64,000 nucleotides of DNA from Mytilus edulis (Eukaryota): positions 60,016,001-60,080,000 of the forward strand of contig NC_092354.1 in the NCBI RefSeq assembly GCF_963676685.1, given 5' to 3'. This document shows positions 25,301-38,752 of this stretch, one piece after another. Both the position numbers and the translations under genes were made by a program. The notes under the pieces are model-generated. The model was given only the letters and a program-made list of their open reading frames with translations, did not search any database and had not been told where the DNA came from. Within the stretch, counting starts at the first letter, position 1. Each line of letters begins with the position of its first letter.

Positions 25301-28300
25301 TTGAAATATTTTACATGCTTTAAGAAAATCGTTATTATTATTGGTTTAAAAAGCTTTTTAATTTTTAAATTACTGGAAACAGTTCATTGTTGGATAATAG
25401 CATTATGTTATTATAAGAACCTTTTTTTCGATGTGTTATATGTTTTCGTAAACAATCGAGATTTTTCATTCAATTCCATTTCAAAACTTTAAATGCAAGT
25501 ATATGTACATTATATTCCCATTTAATGAGTTTTTAATATGTTAAATCGCGTTATGAAGATTGACTCTTTTTCCATTGCAGTCCCAGTGAAGGAGTATGCT
25601 GTAATCCCACACTTTGTTCTAATTATCAATCATCAGATAATAAAGTCTGTAGGACCAACTCTTCTTGTCTTGATGAGGCAATCTGCAAATATCCTTTTAC
25701 AAATATCCTATCGGCATGATCGGAGCAGGATCTGCTTACCCTTTTGAAGCGGTTGTGATCACCTTCAGGTTTGGCGGGGTTTATACGCGTGTTGCTCAGT
25801 CTTTGGTTTTCTATGAAGTATTTTGTTGATTTGTTTGCTTTTAGTTGTCTTTCCTTTCATGCCAGGGTGATGCAAAATTTACCTCGATTTTTTATGTTCA
25901 GTGAAAGAAAAAGTATTTTAAAAAGTTATTATATTAAAATCTAGCCCTTTTGAAAACTTGTTTCAAACTGCACTTGATTTAGACAATGAATACCAACGAT
26001 AACGCTTCTGTTTGGCGCCTTATGTAGAATTAAAATATATAATTAATATATTAATAAGAATGTTCCAGATATCAGTATTAAAATATGCCTTGGATCATTG
26101 ACATTTATCCATCTGGCATATAGGGAAAAAAACAAGGACCGTGAAATCGGAAAAAATCTCTTATTTGGCATTAAAATTAGAAAGATCATATGATAGGGAA
26201 CATGTGTACTAAGTTTCAAGTTGTTCGGACTTCAGCTTCATCATAAACTACCATTACCAAAAACTTTAACCTGAATCGGGATAATAATAATGTCTATAAT
26301 GTCATATTTGAGCTTTTAAGATTGACAAGGTTTAGATATTTGAAATGTGCCCGAACCTTACAAAATGTTTAATACGACGATGTCTGTTTAGTAAAGCAGT
26401 TTCGTTCGTACAAAATACAATATACATTGCCATGTTTTCTAACATTTGCACACGAAAACTATGCACTTTTATTACCAGCAAATGTCAACAATATTACCTG
26501 TCAATCAAATAAACAAAGTTGCTCTTATCTTACTTGTTTCTCTTCAAATTTTGTTTGTATGAACCAATAAATTACGCTATGAAGTATTGCATTTTTTAAA
26601 TTATGTTTTAACAGAGGTATTATATGCATCGACGATTTATCATTAAAGAAGGTCTTTTCGATAAATTAAATATTCGTAAAACTGTTTTTTTAAAAGGGTT
26701 GTGAAAAGTGAGAAAATAATTTAAATGTCCGCAAAAATATCTAGTTCCGAAACATTATCATTTATATATTTTTGTCAGGTTGTTCCCAAAATATTTCGAG
26801 GCCCCTATCGAAAAACTATCGTGAAATTTGTTTTATTTATTGGACTTTATTTGCTTAAACCTTTGAATTACTTCTGATTGTTACAATTACGGTCCTTAAA
26901 TCGAAAACTGGCGGCCTGACCTGTCCAGATTCCACAGAATCGGCTAATGGAACCGTCTGTGATGATGAAAAAGTTTGTTACTTTGGGGTAAGTCAATAAT
27001 TTAAAATTATATCTTCAATATAAAAAAAACCTTAAAACAACACAGAACATAAGTTATGCTGTACCTGACTTCTTTTTTCACTGCAGTATACCCAACATTA
27101 ACTTTCATTTATAATTGATATTCTGACTAACAGTTTAATGTTTGAATACCTTATGTAGAAAAGATAGAACAGTGATGATCATTTGAAAATACTTCCCATG
27201 TAAGTATACACGCATATATGACAAAAATTACAAACGACTTCGTAAATTTATCGTTTAAGCAATGTTCAGGCCAGGTTTGTCAAGCTCATGGATATCAATC
27301 GTGCCAGTGTGAACCCACTACAGCGGGTAACTGGAAAGACGAACTGCTGTGCTCGTTGTGTTGTACTGATCCAGCTGACAACACTTGCAAGTACGTAAAG
27401 AAAATATTTTATAAATTCCTTTTATTGATATCATAGAAATTATTCCTTTATTTCTTATCCCTTTGCCAATAATAGGGGTTACTATGTATTAGGTTGTTTC
27501 ACATAAACACTACAAATATGTTGACCTGAATAAAACTACTCTAATTGTTACAGCCATTGCAGAAGTCAAAGCAAAAGCCCTAGAAAAACAAATAAAATAG
27601 AAGATGAAGCAATACATGAACATAGTCATTAGAACAACTAAAAACACTTCGAATGCATATTGATGTTTACCGTAATAACAGTTAAAGGTAATATAAAGGC
27701 GCAAAGGTACAATAAAACATATTTGTCACATTCTAGCTATTTTTAACTCTGATAAACGATGATTTTCGTATCCAGAATTTAGTAAACAAAATAAAGATAT
27801 TTTAAAAAAAATGAACCAGCTGTATCGTGAATTATCTTAAAAAAATTACTAATCACAGTGTTGTTTGTAATGAATAATATAACTAAACATGAAACATTAT
27901 CACAAAATGTTAATTAAACCAAATGAAATATTGATTCTGTGAAGATTAGTGTTAGGATTATTGTCTCATCAAGGTTATAGTAATCTGTTGTGTCTCAAAT
28001 ATATTGGGTTGACAATTGCAATATACTTGTCGAAAAGAACCGACGTTAACCTAGTTTATTATGTTTTGTTGTGTATGTTTTGTTTTCCAGTCACGCAGTT
28101 CGAGTATCGCATCACCTTTTTAATTCAGAACTGAAATGGCAAATGTTTGTTTTATTTTAGAACTGCTGATCAACTTTCGAACATAAATGTAGCGTTTACT
28201 AAAGCTGTGCCAGGAACCCCATGTAACAAATTTCTTGGATACTGTGATGTCTTTCATATTTGCAGAGAGGTAAGTATAGATTCTAAATACAGAGAGATAC

Positions 28301-30088
28301 ATTTGGAAGCTTGTTTATGTTAAGGTCTTGTTTTGAATCCAGAGCTCCTAACAAAGATTCTGCGTAAATGTTCATCCCTGTCTTTCAAATAATTTGATAG
28401 GATCGTTCCTGATGAAGGTAGATCCGGAAAAAGCTCTACAACCGCCCAAATCAATATTATTTTCATTTATTTACTTTCAACATGTTTTTATAAACTCAAA
28501 GTGAAATGGATTGGACACAAGTAAAACATACTTATGAAGTCCGCTGCGAATAACAATAAACTACAATACAATATTAATATGAGCACGCAATAATTCAAAA
28601 TATACTTTACGAGTCTATCAAATTTAAAAAACAAGATGGTTCAGCAATTTTATTGACTCTAAACAAGTCATAGTTTTTTTTATCAAAGGCACAAACCACA
28701 TTATAATTTTTTATCAGTAATGAGTTGGAAATTGGCAGGTTGCAGAGCACGCTGTCAAAGTTGTAGTAATATAACCAGTGTTAATAAGAAACTTCAAATA
28801 TTCTACGTCAATGGAAGACTTAAAATATACGAGTATACTACCAGACTTATAACCCTTGCCATTGATCAATCACCCAACATAATCATTGTAGCTTTAATTA
28901 TGCCCTTAAATGTTTCATGATTCTCAACGAATTGTTTTGGTTTGCTCAAACATTTTTGACCCCAAGGGTGCTTACTGAATTTATTTCAGAAAATTGTTTG
29001 GTGCATAATGATACATTAATAAACAATGCGACTTTATTTTCTGATTTGCAAAAGTGTCAACTGTATAAATAACAGATGTCAGAACGAATCATGGTTGGGT
29101 ATATTTTCCGTCAAACATGGAACATTAGACACATACACACAATTCCCCGATACATGGTAATTTGATTCAAACGAGTTGAGTGTTAAATTTTGACAATATA
29201 TATTGTAAGTTTTTGATGTAGGTTGATACACAAAGACCTCTTAGTAAAGAAGTGAATGGTATTCTGGAAAATATATTTTTCAATTTCTGTGAATTACCCG
29301 TTTTGATTTTTTAAATGTAGGTTGATCCATCAGGTCCTCTCAGTAAACTGAAGAATTTCTTTCTGAACGGAGAAATAATCGATAAAGTGAAGGAATTTTT
29401 AACAGAGTACTGGTATGTTGCAATAGCAGGAGGTGTTGGACTCATTATACTACTTGTAAGTATCAACTGCTTTTAACATACAAGTGAGAGGTTTAGTTAC
29501 CTTTAAAGGTAAGTTTAATCCCCATTTTTACGTAAGAAATGTCTGTACCAATTCAAAAATATGACAGTTGCTATTCATTTTTTTTATGTGTTTATAGCTT
29601 TTGAGTTTGCCATTTGCCATTTGCTACAGGACTTTCTGTTTTGAATTTTCCTCGGAGTTTGGTATTTTTGTTATTACTTTTTGAATGATTCATGGTGATT
29701 GAGGCTCTTCTAAATAATGTTGTTGATGACAGCCTTGGTGATGGCAAATATCATAAACACAAAATCACGTGCATACTTTTCATTCCAATTGCAAAACAAT
29801 GATTTGGTTGGTTAACTTAAACAGTCTAGTTGCAAATCAAGATATACTTATTTTAAATTTCTTGTACACTGTAAAAGTAACACTGATATTAAAGTTAATG
29901 TCTATTGGCTATTATAAGTTTCAGCATTTAACCGGTTTGAATATCATCTATGAAACAATAGATGATGAATGTATTTTATAATTGATTTATAGGTTATGAT
30001 GATAAAATGCTGCTCAAAAAGTACAAAGGGCAAAGTACAACCAGCACCACGACGTGTGTCTGTGGAACCATCACGTACCCGATATTAA
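19302..30088 (+). CDS. ADAM10: ADAM10/kuzbanian-like membrane metalloprotease, copy 1 (13 identified coding exons; signal-peptide exon uncertain)
   Basis: Exons 19302-19431, 20428-20546, 21179-21634, 21973-22232, 23198-23326, 23711-23891, 24525-24687, 25581-25688, 26909-26987, 27260-27390, 28161-28269, 29321-29455 and 29993-30088 join in consistent phase (2096 nt). Prodomain with HFCG Cys-switch-like motif, furin site [37 protein letters not shown], Met-turn GNYIMF, disintegrin [39 protein letters not shown] helix and short tail. The symbol indicates family, not proven orthology. Confidence 0.93.
19754..20190. repeat. 16-bp minisatellite (TGGAGTGTATCTCACA)n, ~27 copies, intronic
   Basis: Directly visible tandem array within an intron of ADAM copy 1. 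Confidence 0.95.
22219..22545 (+). repeat. 27-bp minisatellite derived from the exon/5' splice-site junction (copy 1)
   Basis: Degenerate copies of GTTCGAGGTATACG|GTAAGATTCGTTA; the first unit spans the real donor at 22233. Confidence 0.75.
25689..26908 (+). other. U12-type (minor spliceosome) AT-AC intron, ADAM copy 1
   Basis: 5' ATATCCTTT, branch-point-like TCCTTAAAT at 26893-26901, 3' AC at 26907-26908. Splicing restores [13 protein letters not shown] in the disintegrin domain. Confidence 0.9.
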
Positions 30089-32440
30089 CAGTATTCCTTA
30101 ACTGGTACCATGCTGGCATAGTGAATCTTTAACACAGTGCTATATGATTAGACGATTTGCTCAATTGCCACCCAGGAGATGTCTGTGATACAATATGTTT
30201 TCTTATTAACATTTACATGTTTGTGTGTACTATAGATGACAGATAATAACTGATATACATATTATTTAGAAGCTTCTGTATATGTTGAGTTAATTATTTC
30301 ACATGTAAAATTAGAACATTAATTTTTCCAATTAACTACTTTTTTTGTATATCGTTATTTTGAAAAATAAAACAGTTCTCTTTAATATTTAGCGAGACCA
30401 GATGTGACGCCCGAAAGGTTGCTTCTGCTGGTTTAACATATCAGCTATAGATCATTTGTTATAATTTAACTTCCTGTGGTCTTCATCCGGAATTGGTTTT
30501 GAGAAAGACATGGAATAGACCGTTCCGTTGTAGCAGAAGGTTTTTTACCCTCATGTATTTTGGACTTTTAAATTATAGCATCTTAAAATCGTTGGTATTG
30601 TTTTTTGTTTGTTTTTTACTTAACATTTAGCACTATGCAATGTCAAGCTATTTATTGTTATACTTAGGTTATCCATAAAGTATGGTAACATTTATTATGT
30701 GCGAACCAAATTTCGTAGTTTTTAAAATCTATGTTTTTTTCTTTATTTCTAACTAACAAATTATGCATACAAGGTTAATACTACTTGCAATTCGTTAATT
30801 GGTTAAACTTTTCGTTGTATTATATGTAGTTTGTTAACTTGTAAATTAGGAGATTTATGTATAGCATGAACAGTGAAATAACGAACGTATTGAAATGCAA
30901 CTGTTAAACAGCTTCATATTGGGAATATGAGGGATTTCGGCTACTTACCAATTCATCTCTAAATAACAGTTTAATTTGTCACTGTGAAATACCCATGTCT
31001 CTGTTCATCTGCCCACCCGTCCGTATGTCCCTCCAATATGAATATATTCCTGATCACTCATCCTACAGTTTAAATGTTAGAAAGTTTTCACGTTGATGTC
31101 CATTCACCAGGTCATTACAGATGCATAATTCGGTATACATATTGATTCATTCATAGGGTCTTTGCTTTGAAAATAAACACATTTATTCTAAAAACAGATA
31201 TTGGCATAATACGGGCTATGTTCTACTCATATATTTTATGATGGTATATTACTCAACGGGAGGGATTGTGTTTGATTTTCATATGATGAAGACATTATCT
31301 TTCAATAATTTTATTTGAGGTCTAGAACTGGCATGTCAGTAACTGCTTGTAGTCCTTTCATATCACATGCATCAATGCCATTTTGGTTAGTATATTTTGT
31401 TACCTATTCTGACCTCGGACTCCAACTTCCTTTAAACTTAATTTTACTGTGCGTATTGCTGTGTGTTTCTTTTTTCTACAATGGCTAGAGGAAGCGGGGA
31501 CGGTTGCGATATCACATAACATGTTTAACCCTGCTGCATGCTTGCGTCTGTCCTAATTTACGAGCCTTTGGTCTTTATTACTCTTGTATGTTTTTTTTTA
31601 AATTTTAGCTCATTCATATGTTTTGGATTTTTTTTCACTTAACTAGAACACATGTTCAGTGAAAGGCCAGCTGTGGTCCGCCCTCTGTGCGTTGAATACC
31701 CATTTGTGGACATCGGCTATTTTCTGCTCATTTGTTTGGTTGTTGTCTTTTTGACATATTCCCTATTTCCATTCCCCACTCTATACATTGAAGTGTGCCT
31801 GTGATCAGTGTTTTTTGAAAGTGTTCGTGTGGTCAGGGTTATGATTTTTTTTTATTAATATTTGTTCTTTTGGGAAATAGTTGAATTTTGTAATTGTTTT
31901 TAATAATTTACTTACATAAGAGGTGCATACCATTTCCGGATAACTCATCCTTCAATGAACCCTAAAACTATATGAGCCAATGCTCAACTTTATATGTATT
32001 TTAGAATAACGCTTACCATCGTTGTGTCATCATATTTTCCGATAAACAATAATTATTCACAGAAAGTCCTACATTGACTTTGTTATAATACCGTTACTTC
32101 AGATTGTGTTATTAAATTTCAATTGATGTTTTTACTCAAATATGTCTCTCCAATACTAACTATTTACAACATGTGAATTTGATATCTCCAAATGCAATTT
32201 AGAGTACATTTATCTGAGTAATAAGAAACATGAATGTTTTCAGTAGTAGACAAGCCCTCATGTTTTATATTTAAGAAACAACTTATTCCTGAAAGAAGTT
32301 ATTATTTAGTCTCCATTGTCATTCTAAATCATTTTTCTCAATGTCATATAATTTTGATTTTTGATTATATAAATGAGCAATAAATGAACTTTCAAACATG
32401 TTCTTACTGATATTTAATTTGGTAAGTTTTGTTATGATCT

Positions 32441-33250
32441 TTTTTAGCTCACCTGGCCAAAAGGGCCAAGTGAGCTTTTCTCATCACTTGGCGTCCGGCG
32501 TCCGTCGTCGTCCGTCGTCGTCGTCGTCCGTCGTCGTTAACTTTTACAAAAATCTTCTCCTCTGAAACTACCGGGCAAAATTTAACCAAACTTGGTAAAA
32601 ATCATCATTGGGGTATCTAGTTTGAAAAATGTGTGGTGTGACCCGGTCAACCAACCAAGATGGCTACCACGGCTAAAAATAGAACATAGGGATAAAATGC
32701 AGTTTTTGGCTTATAACTCAAAAACCAAAGCATTTAGAGCAAATTTGACAGGGATAAAAATGTTAATCAGGTCAAGATCTATCTGCCCTGCAATTTTCAG
32801 ATGAATCGGTCAATCTGTTGTTGGGTTGCTGCCCCTGAATTGTTTTTTTTAGGAAATTTTGCTGTTTTTGGTTATTATCTTGAATATTATTATAGATATA
32901 GATAAACTGTAAACAGCAATAATGTTCAGCAAAGTAAGATCAACAAATAAGTCACATGACCAAAATGGTCAGTTGACCCGTTTAGGAGTTATTGCTCTTT
33001 ATAGTCAATTTTTAACAATTTTCATTAATTTGGTAAATTTATGTAAAATTTTACCAAATATAGTTCTCTGTTACTAATGGGCAAAGTTCATTATAGATAT
33101 AATTGTAAGAAGCAAAATCGTTCAATAAAGTAAGAACTTCAAACACATCACCATCACCAAAATACAATTTTGTCATGAATCCATTTGTGTCCTTTGTTGA
33201 TATGCACATAGACCATGGTGAGCGACACAGGCTATTTAGAGGCTCTAGTT
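32441..33250 (+). mobile_element. HINE/DINE-1-like (Helentron-associated) non-autonomous element
   Basis: T-run start, subterminal IR GCTCACC ... GGTGAGC, 5' stem-loop, (CGT)n microsatellite, 3' palindrome ending CTAGTT. Confidence 0.7.
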
Positions 33251-35195
33251 TGGGTTTACAATGTATTTGGTAGGTTGGTTGTGTAAAATGTTTGTAAAAA
33301 TACGCTGATGAAGAGGAATGTCAAGAAAAACAAGAAGGATATTCCCCAACAAGTACAACACTAACAAACATTGAAACATGAAAACCAAGAGATATATTTA
33401 AATTTTAACATATATAACAAAAAAGAAGGTAAACAAAAAGAAAGAAAAAGATCAAATGTCCTTTACGTTGTATTTATTTTATATGTCCAAGGGCAATGAA
33501 TAAATACACACTATATGGGCATTGTCGGGTTATAGATAATATGTTTTTAAGAGAAGTTGTGGTATGATTGCCAGATATACAACTCATCACAAGAAACCAA
33601 AAGACATAAAAACGAACACGAGTTACTATAGGTCACCAAACGTCATCTTGTTTCTGTGCATGTCGACATGCCTACACATTTTGTTCCTGTAAATTTAAAA
33701 TACGAAGATGATTGCCAATGAAACAATTATCTACCGAGCTGAAAGTAGCGGATCTAAGCAATTATAGGAAAGCGTACCGCCTTCAACAATGAGAAAAACC
33801 TCATTACTTTTATAGCCGATTGTCTTGTTCCTGTGAATGTTAATATGCCTATACATCATAGTTCCAGTCTTATTTGACATACGTTTACAAAACGAGCATA
33901 GTAAGTGTACAAGGAAACAGATATTGTTGACATGAAAGCATTTACTTTCATTGTTTACATTTACTCTCAAAAACAAACATTTTCACTGAGTTTCAATATG
34001 TTAGAGAATCCGGGATGGTACATGTACGTAGCATGTTGCAGGGCAACAGTTATATTCTTAGTGTCCCCTATTTTATGACCACCTATTGCATTGTTTTATT
34101 TTATCTGTTCTTGTCCTGAATATGCATAAAATATTTGCCACTGAACGTTAAACAGCCAACCAACAATCAATCAATTAACGTATGTATTATAGATTAAACA
34201 ATTGGTTTAAAGAGGATTTTTTATCAGAAAAATGATGTTGTTCTTTATATACGGAACATGGCATGTTTAGTTTAAAATATGCAGAAATCAATAAACATGT
34301 ATTACTTTAGCTTAGTATGGGTGAAGCCATGTGTCTTATACAAAACCAAATGCAATGTTATCTTTAGTTTATCATTTACAATTATATAAGTTTTTTTTCT
34401 GTCCACATATAAAAAATTGCTTCGTTTCTCTTCCCTGTTGTAAAAAATAATATATAAATAAAGCACGAGATTCAAAGGGAAACCCAATATGACATGTATA
34501 TCCCAAGAAAAAGTCGTGTGACACCTTGATTTACAGAAGATGCACACTTTATCATACTTGGTCGATGTCACTGCTGTGGACGTTTCGTCTCCGAGGGTAT
34601 CACCAGCCCATTAGTCAGCACTTCGGTGTTGACATGAATATCAATTATATGGTCATTTTATAAATTTCCTGTTTACAAAGTTTGAATTTTTCGAAATACT
34701 AAGGATGTTCTTATCCAAAGCATAGATTACCATAGCCGTATTTGGCATAATTTGTATGAATTTTGGGTCCTCAATGCTCTCCAGCTGTGTGCTTGTCTGG
34801 CTTTATAACTACTAGTATTCTGATCTGATCGTCACGGATGAGTCTTATGTATACGAAACGCTCGTTTGTCCTTTTAAATTATAAGCCTGGAACCTTTGAA
34901 AACTATTTATTAAATGATATTCCTTTTAAAAAAAACCTTCTGTTATATCAATGAATGCGTGTATTTATGTTATGATCATTATGAATTTAGGTGGCCGTTT
35001 CTATGGAAAACTATTCTTTATCCGAAAAAAAACCCCAACTATTTAAAATGTAAAATATATATGTTTTAATTTTGCAGTTAAGGTCTAACAATATTCAATT
35101 TGGCAATTTTTAAAGTTTTTTAAAATTACTAAAAAAAATTGTTTTGGTTGGTATCATCTTAATAAGAAACATTAATCTTCTAATGACGAATTCTT

Positions 35196-37216
35196 CTACC
35201 TCGAACAAACCACACATTTAAAAAAAGTGTCTTGTACATAGGGAGGACATTTGAGCGACCCACAGTATGCCTTGGTCCCATACAAAAGATATCCATTATC
35301 ATTGCGTGAACCAGCCTCCAATACGTCAGGACTACTATCAACGCATATGTATTGAGACCCACCAGCATGGCTATGGTGCCCTGACATCAAATTCCCACTA
35401 TACTCGGTTTTCCAGCCAGCGTAACACTGCGATTTCCCGGGAATCATTAGTATTGTCGATGCATGACTTACTCTACAAACTGCGCATGGTACATCTTTGT
35501 CTATTAGATTACTACCAAACTCATTGGTATCGTACTCCATCCCATAAACTGTTCCAAAATATGATCCATGACTAACTTTTCCAAGATCTGGGTCATGTGG
35601 AACGCATACTTGATTAGTAGGTCGTCCTGGATTAGTGTAATGGCCGCCTGCGCCAATACCTGCAAATGTTAAGTCGTTCGAATCAAATATTTAGAATAAG
35701 AAACAAAATAAAACCAAAACATATAAACTTCACAATAATAATAAATCAAATAGGCAAAGTGATCGACTGGTTAGAGCAATTAAAATTTGGCCAGACACTT
35801 GGAAAGTAGAATATTTAGGAAGGGGACATCATTTCCCCTAAAAAGCTGCTGAGAAGCAAACAGTCCCCACAAAGAGTGATTTATTTATTTTTATTTCGAA
35901 ATGGCATAAAGAGAGAGTGAAATATTAGCAACTGGTGAAAATAAATATTTCTACGGAAAAAACGACTGATTACAAAATGGTCGTCTCCTAATTATGCACA
36001 ACAGCGTATTTGTTTGACCAAATATTTTTTTGATTTTCGTTTGGCGGGTCAAGGTTTTTTTGTACTTTTAGTATTGAGCGTGCCTCGTAAAGACGTGTAG
36101 TTTGCAGGGATATCGTGAATAAAACAACACTTAATACATAGAAGTAACACAAGTCGACCTGGAAGAAATTCTATTGTATTTAATCTTACCAGAGTAAACC
36201 ATTTCGGTTGAATTATTTGGGCATTCTTTTCTTCCCCATCTGACATAAACACTTCCAGGTGGATCTATAAAATAGGAAGATTAACACAATCATAACCCGA
36301 GTAGACATTAGATCCATTTATTTATTCGTTATGATATAACACAATTATTCGTTTTAATTACTGTCCTAGATCTTTATAATACAAACCACATCACTTATTT
36401 TATGTATTTTATAAATACATAGAATATTTGTAGAAATAAAAAAGCATGGAATGCGAAATGATTATTCATGCAATATATCAACAGTATCGATGACATAAAT
36501 TTATTAGACGTCCTTACTTCAAGCATGCACAAACAAAACTTTATTGAGTTATACTGATTGTTTTTAAAGTAGAAGTGAAGCGTCATGTATGACATATGAC
36601 CTTAGCATAGAGGGTTTATCAATTTTTACACGTGTGTCATGTTTATGACATCAATGTTCGCTTATGACATTTCCATTCTAAAATGCAACAATAGTTCTAT
36701 AATCATGGATCAATCGAGCAATTATTATTTGAGAAATTTTGTAATTTTGTAATTTTTAAGAATGATGTGAAGTAATAAGATTCTTTTCGTTATGGATGAA
36801 TACATAGGTAATGTGAATAATTACTTACTATTTTGAAAACTTGTTATTACTGAATGGTGCGTCTGTATCTGTCTATCCTGATTCTGAATCTGCATTTTCT
36901 GACTCTGAATCTGTCCATCCTGATTCTGAATTTGTGTATGCTGACTCTGTATCTGTCTATCCTGATTCTGAATCTGTATGTTCTGACTCTGAATCTGTTT
37001 ATCCTGACCTATGACCTTAGCATTGAGGGTATTAACAGTTGTTTGTAACTGACTCATTGTTGCCTTCATCAACTGTATATCCCTCTTCATTTGTTGGTTA
37101 TCAGCATAATCAGGGTCAGTGATTAAAAGTCGCTTATCGTTGAAATTTTGTGATTCAGTGTTGATACATGTAGCAAGCATGCACCACACAATAAAAAGGG
37201 TCAAAATCAATCACAT
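35196..37216 (-). CDS. Secreted-type coiled-coil protein with 'short-chain collagen C4'-like C-terminal domain, copy A; codon 2 is TGA (possible pseudogene or N-truncated allele)
   Basis: Exons 37216-36829, 36264-36190 and 35659-35196 with GT-AG sites and consistent phase. Motifs GSVYVRWGRKECP, DVPCAVC, MIPGKSQCYAGWKTEYSGNLMS, YICVD, AYCGSLKCPPY, CVVCS. Start reads ATG TGA TTG. Confidence 0.8.
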
Positions 37217-37602
37217 ACTGTAGAAATCTCACAAACAACGTGTACTTACACTGTATGTGTATATAAATCTGCTGATAAGAACATACGATATGACAAGGTT
37301 AGAAATATATGCCTTGTTTAAAAGAAGAACAGAACGAAGAATAGAATAAACAAGCATTAAGGAAAAAAGGTTTTAATATTAAATTTCGAAATGTTCTGTC
37401 CGTGAAAATATATCTGAACACTAAAACCAGTAACATATATTCAAACACCACATCTACAATAAACTACGAACATGACAGAAAAAAGAAACTATTTGCCAAT
37501 ATCCGCCTCTCATGCAGTACACTTAGTATCGTAATTATAATTTCTGTTAAGATCTATGGAAACAATTGCAATAAAAATCTGACTATATTTTAAGTTGGTT
37601 GT

Positions 37603-38030
37603 GTGACTTTGTATATCGAAATAACTACACTTCCTGTTACTGTGTATGTTGACATACATTCATATCATGTTTCTGTGTATGTCGCCATACCTTTATATTT
37701 AATTACTGTATATCCTGCCAAACCTTTACATCATGTTACTGTGTATGTCGACATGATTACACATCTTGTTTCTGTGTATGTCGACATACCGACACATTTT
37801 GTTCCTGTGTATGTCGTCATACCTACACATTTTATTCCTGTGTATTGCGACATGCCTACACATGTAATTCCTGTGTATGTCGACATACCTATTCATATTG
37901 TTCCTGTATATGCTGCCAATACATCTCATTTATGTGAATGTCACACTTTGTTACTGTTATTGTTGACATACCCACACATGTGGCCTGCATATATCGACAT
38001 ACCCTTAAACCATGATCATATTTCTGAAGA
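37603..38030. repeat. 33-bp minisatellite (GTTCCTGTGTATGTCGACATACCTACACATTTT)n, ~12 degenerate copies
   Basis: Tandem units producing an 11-aa periodic pseudo-ORF. Isolated related units at ~33650 and ~33830. Confidence 0.85.
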
Positions 38031-38752
38031 GATCAATCTACCTTTTTATTAAGTTACTGTATATGTTGACTTGCACAAACGTCATAATCCACGGTTGATT
38101 TAACAAGCATATACATCCACCTCATGTATGAATAACGAGCCCAATAAATCAAAAGGAAAACATATACTCTTTGCATGATACAATTTAATTTCTTGGAATC
38201 AATACTCTGCAAAACAAACATTTGTATTGAATTGGAATGCATTAATCGCCAGTTGCGCTGCCACATAGTAATCAGGTACTAGGTTTATAATTTGATGCGT
38301 CAGACGCGCATCTTGTATAGAAAATCAAACAAGTATAAAGTTGAAAATCCCGGACTTTCCTCTTACAGGACATATGCGACAAACGCACAATTTTTCACCA
38401 GTACTCAAAACCCTCCTTCCGTGATGGGTGCATTTTACATAGACAAATAAAATCGTATAATATAATCAAAATGAGAATGTTAATTTGATGTATGCCTTTT
38501 GTGCTTCTTCGTTACATTTGTTGTATACCATGAACATACGTATATTATAAATAAAGTGTATTTGCTATTAACTATCAATGCCAAGTTTCTACTCCACGGC
38601 GATCACTGCTATATTATATAGAGAGTCTCTATCAACGCGAAAATTATTGTCCTGTCCCCGAGTACTCTTATGAAAATTATGTGAAAGTTTAAAACCGGAA
38701 GTCTTGTATGAAAGTTTGGTCTGATGACGGAAACAACATCCGGACGCCTTTA

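Noticed and set aside
37603-38052. 149-aa ORF with 11-aa periodicity
   Set aside because: By-product of a 33-bp minisatellite; GTG start; open on both strands.
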